Shown here: positions 18,129 through 27,230 of the stretch, piece by piece
Numbering within the stretch: position 1 is the first letter of the stretch
How the letters are laid out: each line of letters starts with the position of its first letter
Source of the DNA: Candidatus Doudnabacteria bacterium
GTDB taxonomy: Bacteria > Patescibacteriota > Doudnabacteria > UBA920
Direction: 5' to 3'
Length of the DNA stretch: 62,976 bases
Assembly (NCBI GenBank): GCA_020850635.1
Contig: JADZEH010000015.1
Coordinates: 1-62,976, forward strand
Notes under the pieces: model-generated
Database searches by the model: none
Told to the model about the DNA's origin: nothing
Seen by the model: the letters and a program-made list of their open reading frames with translations, nothing else
Made by a program: the position numbers and the translations under genes

Positions 18129-18395
18129 ATGAACCAAACCTGTACTCATCTTGATCAGATAAAGGATAATGTTCAACCTTCAACAACGAAAGGGTGTGAA
18201 GACTGCTTGAAGATAGGGGATACTTGGGTTCACTTGCGCATGTGTTTAACTTGTGGTCACGTTGGTTGTTGTAACAGTTCCAAGAACAAACATGCTCAAG
18301 CTCATTTTGAGACAGTTCATCATCCGATTGTAAAATCTTTTCAGCCAAATGAAAATTGGCGGTGGTGTTACGTAGATAATCAATATATAGATTAA
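18129..18395 (+). CDS. UBP-type zinc-finger domain protein
   Basis: Cys/His pattern CEDC...HLRMCLTCGHVGCC...H..H.H, typical of zf-UBP. Start set to the ATG at 18129, directly after the upstream stop. Confidence 0.7.
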   Translation: MNQTCTHLDQIKDNVQPSTTKGCEDCLKIGDTWVHLRMCLTCGHVGCCNSSKNKHAQAHFETVHHPIVKSFQPNENWRWCYVDNQYID

Positions 18396-19117
18396 GCGCC
18401 TGAGAAGGCGTTTTTTAGTACTCGCACTCGTTCTAATGCAATTGCCGCGGCACTCTCAATTTTATAACCGCGTCCTGGCACTGTGTGAATAAGTTTACGG
18501 TGAGGAATAAAATCTACTTTACGTCGTAAGTTTAAAATATGAGTTTCGATAGTATTCGAAAAAATGTCAGCATGAATGTCCCAAACGTGTTCTAAAATTT
18601 GCCCTCGTGACAAAACTATTCCTTCATTTTTCAACAGATACTCAAGCAGTTCAAATTCTTTGCGAGTTAAGTAGATATCTTTTTTGCCCCGAAAGACTTT
18701 GTGCTTTATTGTATCTAGTTCTAAGTCATCAATTTTCAATGTGGGATGATTTAAGGATTTCGGACGGCGGAGTATTGCTCGGATGTGGGCCAAGAGTTCT
18801 TCAAAGTAAAATGGTTTGAGAATAAAATCATCAGCACCAGCATCTAAACATTTAATTCGAGTCATGAAGTCTGTAAGCTCGGACATAATAATTACTGGGG
18901 TGTGTTTTTGTTTTTGTCTCAAGTCTTCGCAGAGCATTGTGCCTAAACCGTCGGGAAGTTTAAACTCACAAATAATTAAATCAAAGTCTGTGGTTCGGGC
19001 TTGAAACGATGCATTCGTATAATTTGTACAAACATCGACACTGTAACATGCTGCTTTTAAATTTTGTTGGAGAAAAGTGGCGTTGTTAGTATCGGGTTCA
19101 ACAATGAGGATATGCAT
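18392..19117 (-). CDS. OmpR/PhoB-type response regulator with Glu at the phospho-acceptor position (orphan)
   Basis: REC domain (MHILIVEPD..., DLIICEFKLPDG, IIMSE, ILKPF) plus a winged-helix domain (YLTRKEFELLEYL...TVPGRGYK). Start set at M26. Confidence 0.85.
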   Translation of the reverse strand: MHILIVEPDTNNATFLQQNLKAACYSVDVCTNYTNASFQARTTDFDLIICEFKLPDGLGTMLCEDLRQKQKHTPVIIMSELTDFMTRIKCLDAGADDFILKPFYFEELLAHIRAILRRPKSLNHPTLKIDDLELDTIKHKVFRGKKDIYLTRKEFELLEYLLKNEGIVLSRGQILEHVWDIHADIFSNTIETHILNLRRKVDFIPHRKLIHTVPGRGYKIESAAAIALERVRVLKNAFSGA

Positions 19118-19348
19118 CGGCGTTGGTTTTAATTTCAGATAAGATTTGATCTTAACCATTCTCAGAAAATCGTGCAAGTCTTTTATCCACATTATTTAGA
19201 AATATTTTAATTTGAGAATCGTTTGGTTTGCCCAATGTCTAAAACTGCCTTGTTTAAGCCTAAAACAGCCATGTCATTTTAAGCTTCGACATTGACCAAC
19301 GGCCGTTTTTATGGTATGCTAATCTCTTATATATAATCATCTTTTCCA

Positions 19349-22300
19349 ATGGCTATGGATATTTCTAACCCCAAGCGAGACTTGAATTATCGGTTAGTCC
19401 GCTATTTTTTGAATCATACTCAGCTCTCTGTGTTGCTGTTTGTGCTTGTGGTACTTGGTGGTATTTTTGGTTTTTCTCGTTTACGTGTTGAGGGTTTCCC
19501 CGAAGTTCCAATTCCGATTGCAATTGTTAGTGTGGTGAGCCCTGGTGCTGGTCCTGATACAATTGCCGAAAGCGTAGTAGCGCCAATCGAAAGCGCGATC
19601 GAGGATGTTAAAGGCGTCAAAGAAGTTAGTTCAACATCCCAAAACAATATTGGAATCATTGTTGTCAGTTTTAATGAAGGGGTTGATGTAACTACTGCTG
19701 TTCAAGATGTTCGGACTAAAGCCTCAAACGTTAGTCTTCCAGAAGGAACCCAAACCCCAGAAATTAGCGTACCTGACTTTGCTGGACCGACATATATTGT
19801 TGCGGTTAGTGGCGGTGCTTCGCTCAATGACCTTGAGTCAAGTAGCGAGACTTTGAAAGACAAGTTGCTTGCCGTTGAAGATGTTAAAAGCGTTGAACTT
19901 CTTTCGGGGATCAAACAAAACATTTATATCGACATCGCTCCTCAGTATCAGTTACCAGATGTTATTTCCCAAATTACCAGTTCCGATGTTGAATTCCCAC
20001 TGGGCCAAGCGATTATCAATGGTCAGTTAACTACAATTACTGGTAAGCGCCAAGTTAAATCGATTGACGACTTACGCGCTTTACCAATTTCTTTAAACGG
20101 CCAAGTGTTCAAGCTTGCCGATATTGCTAGCGTGAATGCTGGCGTGGATTATGGTGGTCAAATTCACTGGATAGGGTATACCAAAGAAGATGGTGGAGAA
20201 TTTATTCGCCAGAAAGCTTTGCTCTATGATATTCGGTTGAAAGCTGACGCCGATATATTGAGCACTGACCCTAAAGTTTTAGAGGCTATTAAACTTGCTA
20301 ACGAAGAAGTCGACAGTGCTGAATTTGTGACTGTCTATAATATTGCCGAAGAATCTCGTCGCCAAGTTGATGAGATTGTTGAAGGTGCGGTTGGGGGCAA
20401 GTGGGACGAAGTTGATGGTCCTGCTGCTAATATTGGTTACGTTTTCGGTGGTATTTGGTTGTTAATGATTGCGATTTTGGCTTTTCTTGATTGGCGCAGT
20501 GCTTTGGTCTCTGCGGCCTCTATCCCTTTGTCTTTTCTAGCCACATTTATGTTTTTGGGCTTGTTTGATATTCAGTTAAACACAATTGTTTTGTTCTCTT
20601 TGGTCTTAGTCTTGGGTTTGATTGCCGACCCAGCGATTGTGATTATCGAATCAATTAAGCGCTATATTGAAATCGGTAAGAGAGGTAAAGATGCCGTATT
20701 TGGAGCGGTTGGTACCGTTGGTCAAGGTATCTTTATTGCGGTCTTAACTTCTTTGGTTGTGTTCGTTCCATTTGCAATTGTTTCTGGGACATTTGGTGCG
20801 ATTATCAAATACATTCCATTAACCGTTATTCCAGCTTTGGTCGCGTCTTACTTTGTGCCAATGTTGTTTTTAACTTGGATTAGTGCCAAGTTCTTAAAAG
20901 GTAAGCCAAACGTGACTTTGCATGATGAAGATGACCCAGCGACTTTATGGCCCATTGCTCGTTGGTTTATCAAAGCCAATCGATATATTTTAAGCCATGT
21001 GGCAATTCAAGTGACAGTTATTATTTTAGCGTTCGTCATTCCGGTTGGTATTGCCGGTTGGTTATTTAGCTCAGGTCAAATTCGCCAAGTTCAATTTGCG
21101 CAGCCAGCTGAAGCTGAATTCTTGATGATTGAAGTGCCGGTACAACCAACTACAACTGAGCCGTTATTGATTGCTCAGAGCGCGGTTCTTGATGAAATTT
21201 TGAAGAAGTTTACCAACTCCATTGATACTTATTTCTATCAGTATCAAGGCAAGAGTGGGGGCACAGCGCAGCCATTTACCGTGTTTGTGCATTTACTTCC
21301 ACCAAAGGATCGCATTCAAAAGAGTGATGACATTATTGCGTCATTGAATGCAGATTTAGAACAACAGTTTGGTGAAAAAGCCTTTGCTTACGATTTAGGT
21401 GCGGGGCCACCACAAGGAAACTATCCGGTTTCTGTGAAAATTTATGATCATGATCCTGCTAAGCTTTTAGCTGCCGCACAAAAAGTCGCTGATGAGCTTC
21501 GTAATTACGAAGAAGTCACAGCGGTTCGTTATGATGGTGATGAACCAAACACTGAACTTGCGGTTCAAATTCGCTCTGAAGCATTAGCTAGTCGTGGTTT
21601 AACTCCACCAGCGTTGTTTGGTCAGATTAATGGTGCTTTAGGCGAACGTTCCTTGTTTACTCTTGGTGAGTACAATGTTGTGCTTCGCACCCCTTCAGAA
21701 AAGGAACCAAATTCAGTTGAGGCTTTGGGTAATACCATAGTTTTTGGATCACAGGGTCCAGTGGCTCTGAAAGACGTGGCTGACATTGTCCCAACAGAAG
21801 TTCCTGGTGCTATTCAGCGCTTAAATGGTGACCGTTATATTACAGTCTCCGCTCGTGTTTCTGATAGTCGTGACGTTATTAACGTCCAGCGTGAAATCAA
21901 CGATTGGGTAAAAGCTAATACTGGAACGCTTGGTTTAGATGAAGCCTCGTTTGGTGATCGTGCCAGTACCGATGAATTCGAAAAGTCTTTCCAAGAATTA
22001 TTTGCTGCGATTGCCTTGTCTATTCTTGTCACTTACATTATTTTCGTATTGTTTTTCCGTTCCTTCGTTCAGCCATTGATTATCTTAGTTGCTGTACCAT
22101 TGTTATTCATTGGTGCTTTCCCCGCTTTGGTCTGGTTTGGTGATGGTCAGTTAGGTTTCCTTGAAACTCTTGGGGTGATTATGGTTATTGGTATTGTTGA
22201 AAACGTCGGTATCTTCTTGATCGATTACGCTAACCGTAAAGTTGCCGGTGGTATGGATCGTAAAGAGGCGATTGCTTTGTCTGCTGGTATTCGATTCCGC

Positions 22301-22582
22301 CCAGTTATCTTAACCAAGCTTACGGCGTTGGCTGGATTACTGCCTTTGGCAATCTTTGCGCCGTTCTGGCGTGGCCTTGCTGTAGTAGTTATCGGTGGTA
22401 TCTTAAGCTCTGGTATTCTATCCTTGTTTACTACTCCAGTGCTTTACACTTGGTTTACTCGAAACAAGAAAAAGCCTGAACTTGGGCAAGTCCACGAAGT
22501 AAGCGAACCCGCTAAATTTGAACAGCAAGAGTCACCCACTGAACCAATTGATGCTCAACCTCTTTCTGAGATTAGTGTCTAA
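19349..22582 (+). CDS. RND-superfamily (AcrB-like) transporter
   Basis: 1077 aa. Duplicated pattern of one TM helix, a large extracytoplasmic loop and a five-TM bundle. No adaptor or outer-membrane partner gene nearby. Confidence 0.85.
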   Translation: MAMDISNPKRDLNYRLVRYFLNHTQLSVLLFVLVVLGGIFGFSRLRVEGFPEVPIPIAIVSVVSPGAGPDTIAESVVAPIESAIEDVKGVKEVSSTSQNNIGIIVVSFNEGVDVTTAVQDVRTKASNVSLPEGTQTPEISVPDFAGPTYIVAVSGGASLNDLESSSETLKDKLLAVEDVKSVELLSGIKQNIYIDIAPQYQLPDVISQITSSDVEFPLGQAIINGQLTTITGKRQVKSIDDLRALPISLNGQVFKLADIASVNAGVDYGGQIHWIGYTKEDGGEFIRQKALLYDIRLKADADILSTDPKVLEAIKLANEEVDSAEFVTVYNIAEESRRQVDEIVEGAVGGKWDEVDGPAANIGYVFGGIWLLMIAILAFLDWRSALVSAASIPLSFLATFMFLGLFDIQLNTIVLFSLVLVLGLIADPAIVIIESIKRYIEIGKRGKDAVFGAVGTVGQGIFIAVLTSLVVFVPFAIVSGTFGAIIKYIPLTVIPALVASYFVPMLFLTWISAKFLKGKPNVTLHDEDDPATLWPIARWFIKANRYILSHVAIQVTVIILAFVIPVGIAGWLFSSGQIRQVQFAQPAEAEFLMIEVPVQPTTTEPLLIAQSAVLDEILKKFTNSIDTYFYQYQGKSGGTAQPFTVFVHLLPPKDRIQKSDDIIASLNADLEQQFGEKAFAYDLGAGPPQGNYPVSVKIYDHDPAKLLAAAQKVADELRNYEEVTAVRYDGDEPNTELAVQIRSEALASRGLTPPALFGQINGALGERSLFTLGEYNVVLRTPSEKEPNSVEALGNTIVFGSQGPVALKDVADIVPTEVPGAIQRLNGDRYITVSARVSDSRDVINVQREINDWVKANTGTLGLDEASFGDRASTDEFEKSFQELFAAIALSILVTYIIFVLFFRSFVQPLIILVAVPLLFIGAFPALVWFGDGQLGFLETLGVIMVIGIVENVGIFLIDYANRKVAGGMDRKEAIALSAGIRFRPVILTKLTALAGLLPLAIFAPFWRGLAVVVIGGILSSGILSLFTTPVLYTWFTRNKKKPELGQVHEVSEPAKFEQQESPTEPIDAQPLSEISV

Positions 22583-22591
22583 AGGGCAAAT

Positions 22592-22625
22592 AAAAAAACT
22601 GCGCTATATGTAGCGCAGTTTTTTA
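22592..22625. terminator. Bidirectional intrinsic terminator
   Basis: AAAAAAACTGCGCTA-tatg-TAGCGCAGTTTTTT between convergent genes. Confidence 0.8.
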
Positions 22626-23465
22626 TTTACTCCAGCGGGCAAAGATGCCAGTAGAGATTAGTCGTTTATCTTTTTGTTCCAGGCAAAGTTCACCGAATTC
22701 TATTTTGCCAGGTCTATCTTTAATAGCATCTTCAAGGATGTTGTTCAATGCAAGAGCAGAGGAATTTGTAGCGTAACCGTTAATCAGTAGGAATTTGGCT
22801 TTGGGTGAGAGGAGTTGAACAGCGTTGTTAAGTAGTTCGGGAAGATCTTCGTTAAATTTCCAAGTCTTGCCAGTAGGTGAGTGGCCGAACGCGGGCGGGT
22901 CCATAATGATTCCATCGTATTGCTGGCCACGTTTGAGTTCGCGAGCCACAAACTTGGCGGCGTCATCAAGTAACCAGCGCACAGAGTCTTGAGGAAGTTT
23001 GTTCGTGGTGTGATTTTCCTTGGCCCAGGTAATGCTTGGTTTACTGGCATCGACGTGAGTCACAAAATGCCCGGCCTTGGCTAAGGCAATTGTTGCGCCA
23101 CCAGTGTAAGCAAATAAATTTAAGATTTTTAGTTTAGTTTTACCAGCAGTAGTACGGGTCCATTCCCAGTTTGCCGCTTGTTCAGCAAAGATACCAGTGT
23201 GTTTAAAGGGGGAGAGTTGAGCACTGAGCTTAATATCATCCCAGGTTACTTGCCACTTTTTGGGAAAGTCTTTGCTTGCGTGCCAATCCCCATTAACAAA
23301 TTTAGCATCAGCTTTTTCCCACTCCTTGTCAGCTAGATGTCGTGGCCAAATAATTTGTGGATCAGGGCGTTGCAAAATATATTTACCCCAACGCTCTAAG
23401 CGAAAACCTTCACCTGTATCGAGAAGCTCATAGTCTTTAAATTGTTTGAAGTGGGTAAGGAGCAT
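22623..23465 (-). CDS. Class I SAM-dependent methyltransferase (RlmI/PF10672-like)
   Basis: LNLFAYTGGATIALAKAG (motif I) and IIMDPPAFG (motif IV). Confidence 0.75.
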   Translation of the reverse strand: MLLTHFKQFKDYELLDTGEGFRLERWGKYILQRPDPQIIWPRHLADKEWEKADAKFVNGDWHASKDFPKKWQVTWDDIKLSAQLSPFKHTGIFAEQAANWEWTRTTAGKTKLKILNLFAYTGGATIALAKAGHFVTHVDASKPSITWAKENHTTNKLPQDSVRWLLDDAAKFVARELKRGQQYDGIIMDPPAFGHSPTGKTWKFNEDLPELLNNAVQLLSPKAKFLLINGYATNSSALALNNILEDAIKDRPGKIEFGELCLEQKDKRLISTGIFARWSK

Positions 23466-23497
23466 ACAGGTATAGTATTTAAAAAAATTGAAGATGT

Positions 23498-24415
23498 CTA
23501 TGAAGCGGTAATTCTGGTTTTTTCTTTACAGTAAGTGGGGCACAAAAATTTTTGGCCAAGCGATTCTTCGCAGGCCTGGCAAGCTACAAGTTGGCGATGA
23601 CAGTCGCTGTTTTTACAGTTGGTTAGTCGCTCGCTGCTTTGATTACAAAGCACGCAACGAGCAATGCTCTGATGCTTGGGGTCATCGGTGAAGAATCCCA
23701 TTAAAATTCGGTTATCAAAAACGTATAGTTTACCAAGGAAATTTTCGTTGGGATACTTTTCCATATAACTGACAATCCCGCCATCTAACTGGTAAACATC
23801 TTTAAAGCCCTGTGAGATTAAATAACCTGAAGCTTTCTCGCACCGTACTCCACCAGTACACACCGTGACCACAGTTTTATTTTTAAGGTGCAATATAGAG
23901 TTAATAAATTTAGGTAAGTCGCGAAAATTATCCATAGGTGGCATAATCGAGTTGCGGAAATGACCGAAGGCGTGTTCGTAAGCATTCCGCATATCAACAA
24001 TGTAAAATTCTTTCTCACTAGAGAGCCAATGGTGCAAATCATCTGGAGAAAGTCGTTTACCAGTTTGTTTATTTGGATCAATATCGCAAGCGCCAAGACC
24101 TAAAGTCACAATCTCATCTCTTAACTTAATCATGGTTTTGAGGAATGCTTGACCCGTACCAGGACTTCGTTTTATATGTGTTGCTGTAAAACGAGAGTCA
24201 GACAGAAAAAAATTGAGATATTCTGAAATATTCTCTTTAGTCCCTTCTAGCGTGGCATTAATTCCCTCTGAAGCAATTAAGGTCCGTCCTTTAAGATTGA
24301 GTCTTGTTTGAAGCTCTTTTTGTTCTATAAGTAATTTTGTGGGGTCATCAATTTTGACGTATTTGTAAAATAAAATTATTTCGTATTCCGTCATGTATAT
24401 AAGTTTGCTATTCAT
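23498..24415 (-). CDS. trhO: Rhodanese-domain tRNA uridine(34) hydroxylase TrhO (YceA/UPF0176)
   Basis: ILFYKYVKIDDP N-terminus, rhodanese active-site loop CTGGVRCEKAS, and a Cys-rich tail. A start at M8 is also possible. Confidence 0.8.
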   Translation of the reverse strand: MNSKLIYMTEYEIILFYKYVKIDDPTKLLIEQKELQTRLNLKGRTLIASEGINATLEGTKENISEYLNFFLSDSRFTATHIKRSPGTGQAFLKTMIKLRDEIVTLGLGACDIDPNKQTGKRLSPDDLHHWLSSEKEFYIVDMRNAYEHAFGHFRNSIMPPMDNFRDLPKFINSILHLKNKTVVTVCTGGVRCEKASGYLISQGFKDVYQLDGGIVSYMEKYPNENFLGKLYVFDNRILMGFFTDDPKHQSIARCVLCNQSSERLTNCKNSDCHRQLVACQACEESLGQKFLCPTYCKEKTRITAS

Positions 24416-24449
24416 AAAAAATGTGGGAGCCGAGACGTTCCGGCTCCAC
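24416..24449 (-). terminator. Intrinsic terminator of cassette C
   Basis: Minus strand reads GTGGAGCCGG-aacgtct-CGGCTCCCAC then ATTTTTT. It abuts the trhO start codon. Confidence 0.7.
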
Positions 24450-24453
24450 TGTA

Positions 24454-24747
24454 CTACGCACCTGCGGCCATCGCTTTGGCAATGGGCTTTTCGATTCCTC
24501 CTTTGGGCAGGAAGACCGTGATCATACCGCTGTCCTCGTCGAATTCGACGGTGTAGCGATCATAATAGTGTTTTACAACGGCTTCCCGCACGCTCGGATA
24601 GCTGAGTGATACCAGAAGTGCGTAGGCGCCCACTTCCTCACCGTTATCGTCGAGCATAGCGTCGATCGATCTGATGCACCTTTGGATTTTGCTGTTCTCC
24701 AGCTCCGGGTCGAGTCTCGGAGCACCGTCATCGTGATTCGTGTTCAT
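24454..24747 (-). CDS. Hypothetical acidic protein, 97 aa (G+C-rich cassette C)
   Basis: GGAGGA lies 3 nt upstream of the ATG. Has its own promoter and terminator. No family recognised. Confidence 0.6.
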   Translation of the reverse strand: MNTNHDDGAPRLDPELENSKIQRCIRSIDAMLDDNGEEVGAYALLVSLSYPSVREAVVKHYYDRYTVEFDEDSGMITVFLPKGGIEKPIAKAMAAGA

Positions 24748-24782
24748 GAGTCCTCCAACGCCGTCTGGATTCTATCAGGGTA

Positions 24783-24810
24783 ATCATAGCAGGCAGTGAT
24801 TCGCTGTCAA
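24783..24810 (-). promoter_or_regulatory. Putative promoter of cassette C
   Basis: Minus strand reads TTGACA (24810-24805), 16 nt, TATGAT (24788-24783). Confidence 0.5.
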
Positions 24811-24857
24811 TCAATATAAACTACTATGATTTCTGGGAGTATCTCGATCAAATGACC

Positions 24858-24886
24858 TTGAAAAGTTTAATGAAAAGTGCTAGAAT
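24858..24886 (+). promoter_or_regulatory. Putative promoter of tRNA-Lys
   Basis: TTGAAA, 17 nt, TAGAAT. Confidence 0.5.
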
Positions 24887-24938
24887 AGCGAAGACCTCTC
24901 AAATTTATATGCGATGATGTCGGAGATAAGTACGACGT

Positions 24939-25014
24939 GGGTCGGTAGCTCAGTCGGTAGAGCAGTGGCCTTTTAAGCCATTTGTCGTGGGTTCGATCCC
25001 CACCCGACCCACCA
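24939..25014 (+). tRNA. tRNA-Lys (anticodon UUU)
   Basis: Full cloverleaf drawn by hand: acceptor GGGTCGG/CCGACCC, anticodon loop CTTTTAA, T loop TTCGATC, encoded CCA. 76 nt. Confidence 0.95.
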
Positions 25015-25166
25015 AAACAGTTTCCATCAATTCATTGGTGGAAACTGTTTTAATTAGACTATAATTCTTTACAACTTGCTTGCGTTAAATATATAATCTT
25101 ACTGAATTCGGGTTGCTTTAAATAGTTGGAGCGACCCCGATGGAATCTCGACAGGAGGATTTACGA

Positions 25167-25460
25167 ATGTCCAGTACATCCAATGTCTACGAATACTTTC
25201 AGGGGGAAGTTATCAGATACGATGCCATGTGCGGCAACGGATCAATTCAGCTGGATGACGGAGGCGGGGTGGTTTCGTTTCATCTTGGGTATTACAGCAG
25301 TGGTCGACCTTCTCGTCCTCCCACTGTTCGCGAACGAGTCAGCGTCAAATGTCGTCGCAGGTCTACCGGTGTTTTGGTTGCTGTCGATGTGACTCGGACA
25401 GGTGGCCCTCTCAAGCCAAAGCGACAACCTCGTCGCGCGATGAACAGTGTGTCGAAGTAG
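25167..25460 (+). CDS. Cold-shock-domain-like OB-fold protein with basic tail, 97 aa (G+C-rich cassette D)
   Basis: AGGAGGA lies 7 nt upstream of the ATG. GEVIRYDAMCGNGSIQLDDGGGVVSFHL...RVSVKC...GVLVAVDV follows CSD spacing but lacks the RNP1/RNP2 aromatics. Confidence 0.55.
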   Translation: MSSTSNVYEYFQGEVIRYDAMCGNGSIQLDDGGGVVSFHLGYYSSGRPSRPPTVRERVSVKCRRRSTGVLVAVDVTRTGGPLKPKRQPRRAMNSVSK

Positions 25461-25576
25461 TGTTATTCTCGTCGCCGTGTCTAGTAAAGGATTACTCACT
25501 ATGGGGGTGGTTAATCCTTTTTATTTTGTCCATTTATGGTATCATAACTAAAAGGACAGTAACTTTTGAAACAAAA

Positions 25577-26815
25577 ATGTCACATATGGTTATCCTCGGA
25601 GCTGGCTTTGGTGGTATTCACGCCGCACTTGATTTAGACAAGCAGTTTGCTGGAAACTCCGATATCAAAATTACCATCATCGATACTCACGACTACCAAC
25701 TTTTCCATGAACAGTTGTATGAAGTCGCGACTGCCGAAGAAGAATTAACTGAAACTAAAGTCTTAAAAAAGAGCATTACAGTGCCCCTTGTAGACATTTT
25801 TCGACATACTCGTGTTGATGTCTTAAAAGGTAAAGTTGTTGGGGTTGATTCGGCAAGCCAAAAAGTTTTGCTTGAAGGCGCAGAGCCAGTTTCATTTGAT
25901 TATCTGGTCCTCGCGATTGGTTCAACCACTGACTACTTTAATATCCCTGGAGCACAAGAGTATAGCTTTGCTTTAAAGAGTCTGAGAGACGCTCTTCGCA
26001 TTCGTAATGAAATATCTTTTACAATTGAACGGTATCGAATGGATGTGAACAAGAAAAATATTCGTATTATTGTTGCTGGTGGGGGATATACAGGCTGTGA
26101 GTTTGCTGCCGAGCTTGGAAATATGATTGAAATTTTAGCGATAAAAAATAATTATCCTCCTGAGAAAATTGAAATCGTGATCATGGAAGCCATGAGTGAG
26201 TTGATTCCTGGTCTCGATAGTCGCATGAGCGAAGATACTTACAATCGCTTGCGTAGTCTTGGAGTTCGAGTTCAGCTTTCGAGCATGATCATGAGTGTAG
26301 AAGATGGTTTTGTTGAGTTAGCGAGTGGTGAAAAAGAAGCTTTTGATATTTTAGTTTGGACAGCTGGGGTGAAAGCCAAGTCGTTACCATTTATTGGTTC
26401 AGTTGAGCCAGTGGATAGGAAAGAACGTTTTAATACCAAGACTTGTTTGCAATTATTGAATCATCAAAACATTTTTTCGTTAGGAGATTGTGCTTGTATC
26501 TTTGATGAAAAGGGTCGTCCTGTTGCTCCAACTGCTCAAAACGCGATTCATCAAGCCCACCACATTGCGTACTCTATTAAAGAGACTATTGCTGGTCGCG
26601 TTCCGAAAGATTATGTGCCAATAGAACATGGTTTGATTGTTACGCTTGGTGGGAAGTGGTCGATTTTTAGGTATAACGGGTGGTATATAAAGGGGCGAGT
26701 TGGTTGGTGGTTGCGCGTAGTCTCAAACTTGCGCTATTTTGCTCATGTTGTTGGTTGGTCAAAAGCGTTGCGTATCGTTTTACTTCAAACGGAACTTTAT
26801 AGCCGAAATGATTAA
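25577..26815 (+). CDS. ndh: Type II NADH dehydrogenase-like FAD-dependent pyridine nucleotide-disulfide oxidoreductase
   Basis: Two Rossmann motifs, ILGAGFGGI and VAGGGYTGCEFAAEL. Start set at MSHMVILGAG; the longer ORF is read-through of cassette D. Confidence 0.85.
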   Translation: MSHMVILGAGFGGIHAALDLDKQFAGNSDIKITIIDTHDYQLFHEQLYEVATAEEELTETKVLKKSITVPLVDIFRHTRVDVLKGKVVGVDSASQKVLLEGAEPVSFDYLVLAIGSTTDYFNIPGAQEYSFALKSLRDALRIRNEISFTIERYRMDVNKKNIRIIVAGGGYTGCEFAAELGNMIEILAIKNNYPPEKIEIVIMEAMSELIPGLDSRMSEDTYNRLRSLGVRVQLSSMIMSVEDGFVELASGEKEAFDILVWTAGVKAKSLPFIGSVEPVDRKERFNTKTCLQLLNHQNIFSLGDCACIFDEKGRPVAPTAQNAIHQAHHIAYSIKETIAGRVPKDYVPIEHGLIVTLGGKWSIFRYNGWYIKGRVGWWLRVVSNLRYFAHVVGWSKALRIVLLQTELYSRND

Positions 26816-26874
26816 AGTGGATAAGTTTTCTCATTGATGATGTATAATTTAATTAAGATTAATAAAAGAAAATA

Positions 26875-27177
26875 ATGACACATAAAGATTTATTATTGTG
26901 GGTGGTAGCTGGAATAGCTTTGATTTTGTCGGTTATTGCTATAGTCGCACCTAAAGGTCAGGAGTCTGATGCTGCAATGCGTACTCGCATCCAAGTAGTT
27001 GAGGATGTAAGTAATACCTCTAATGGTAGTGGAGCGGGAAGTCCTGGTGGTTTATGTACATCAAATAACGGTTACAATGGCACAATTACTGATATGCCTA
27101 CTGCGCCGGGTAACTATTATTGTAAAACCCCGATGGGTGATTATTTTGAATATCATATTAGAATCACTCCATTTTAA
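26875..27177 (+). CDS. Small membrane-anchored protein, 100 aa, paralogue of 32766-33074
   Basis: Shared N-terminus LLWV.A.IAL.LS.IAIVAP.GQ.SDAA. Variable ectodomain with two Cys. Confidence 0.65.
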   Translation: MTHKDLLLWVVAGIALILSVIAIVAPKGQESDAAMRTRIQVVEDVSNTSNGSGAGSPGGLCTSNNGYNGTITDMPTAPGNYYCKTPMGDYFEYHIRITPF

Positions 27178-27193
27178 TAAACTAACAAAGACT

Positions 27194-27227
27194 AAAAAAC
27201 CGCCCTACTCGGTAGTGGCGGTTTTTT
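27194..27227. terminator. Bidirectional intrinsic terminator
   Basis: AAAAAACCGCCCTACTCGGTAGTGGCGGTTTTTT. Confidence 0.75.
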
Positions 27228-27230
27228 AAT

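Noticed and set aside
25349-25576. 76-residue N-terminal extension of the NDH-2-like gene given by the ORF track
   Set aside because: The extension runs through cassette D in another frame and across its terminator hairpin. The Rossmann motif begins right after the ATG at 25577.
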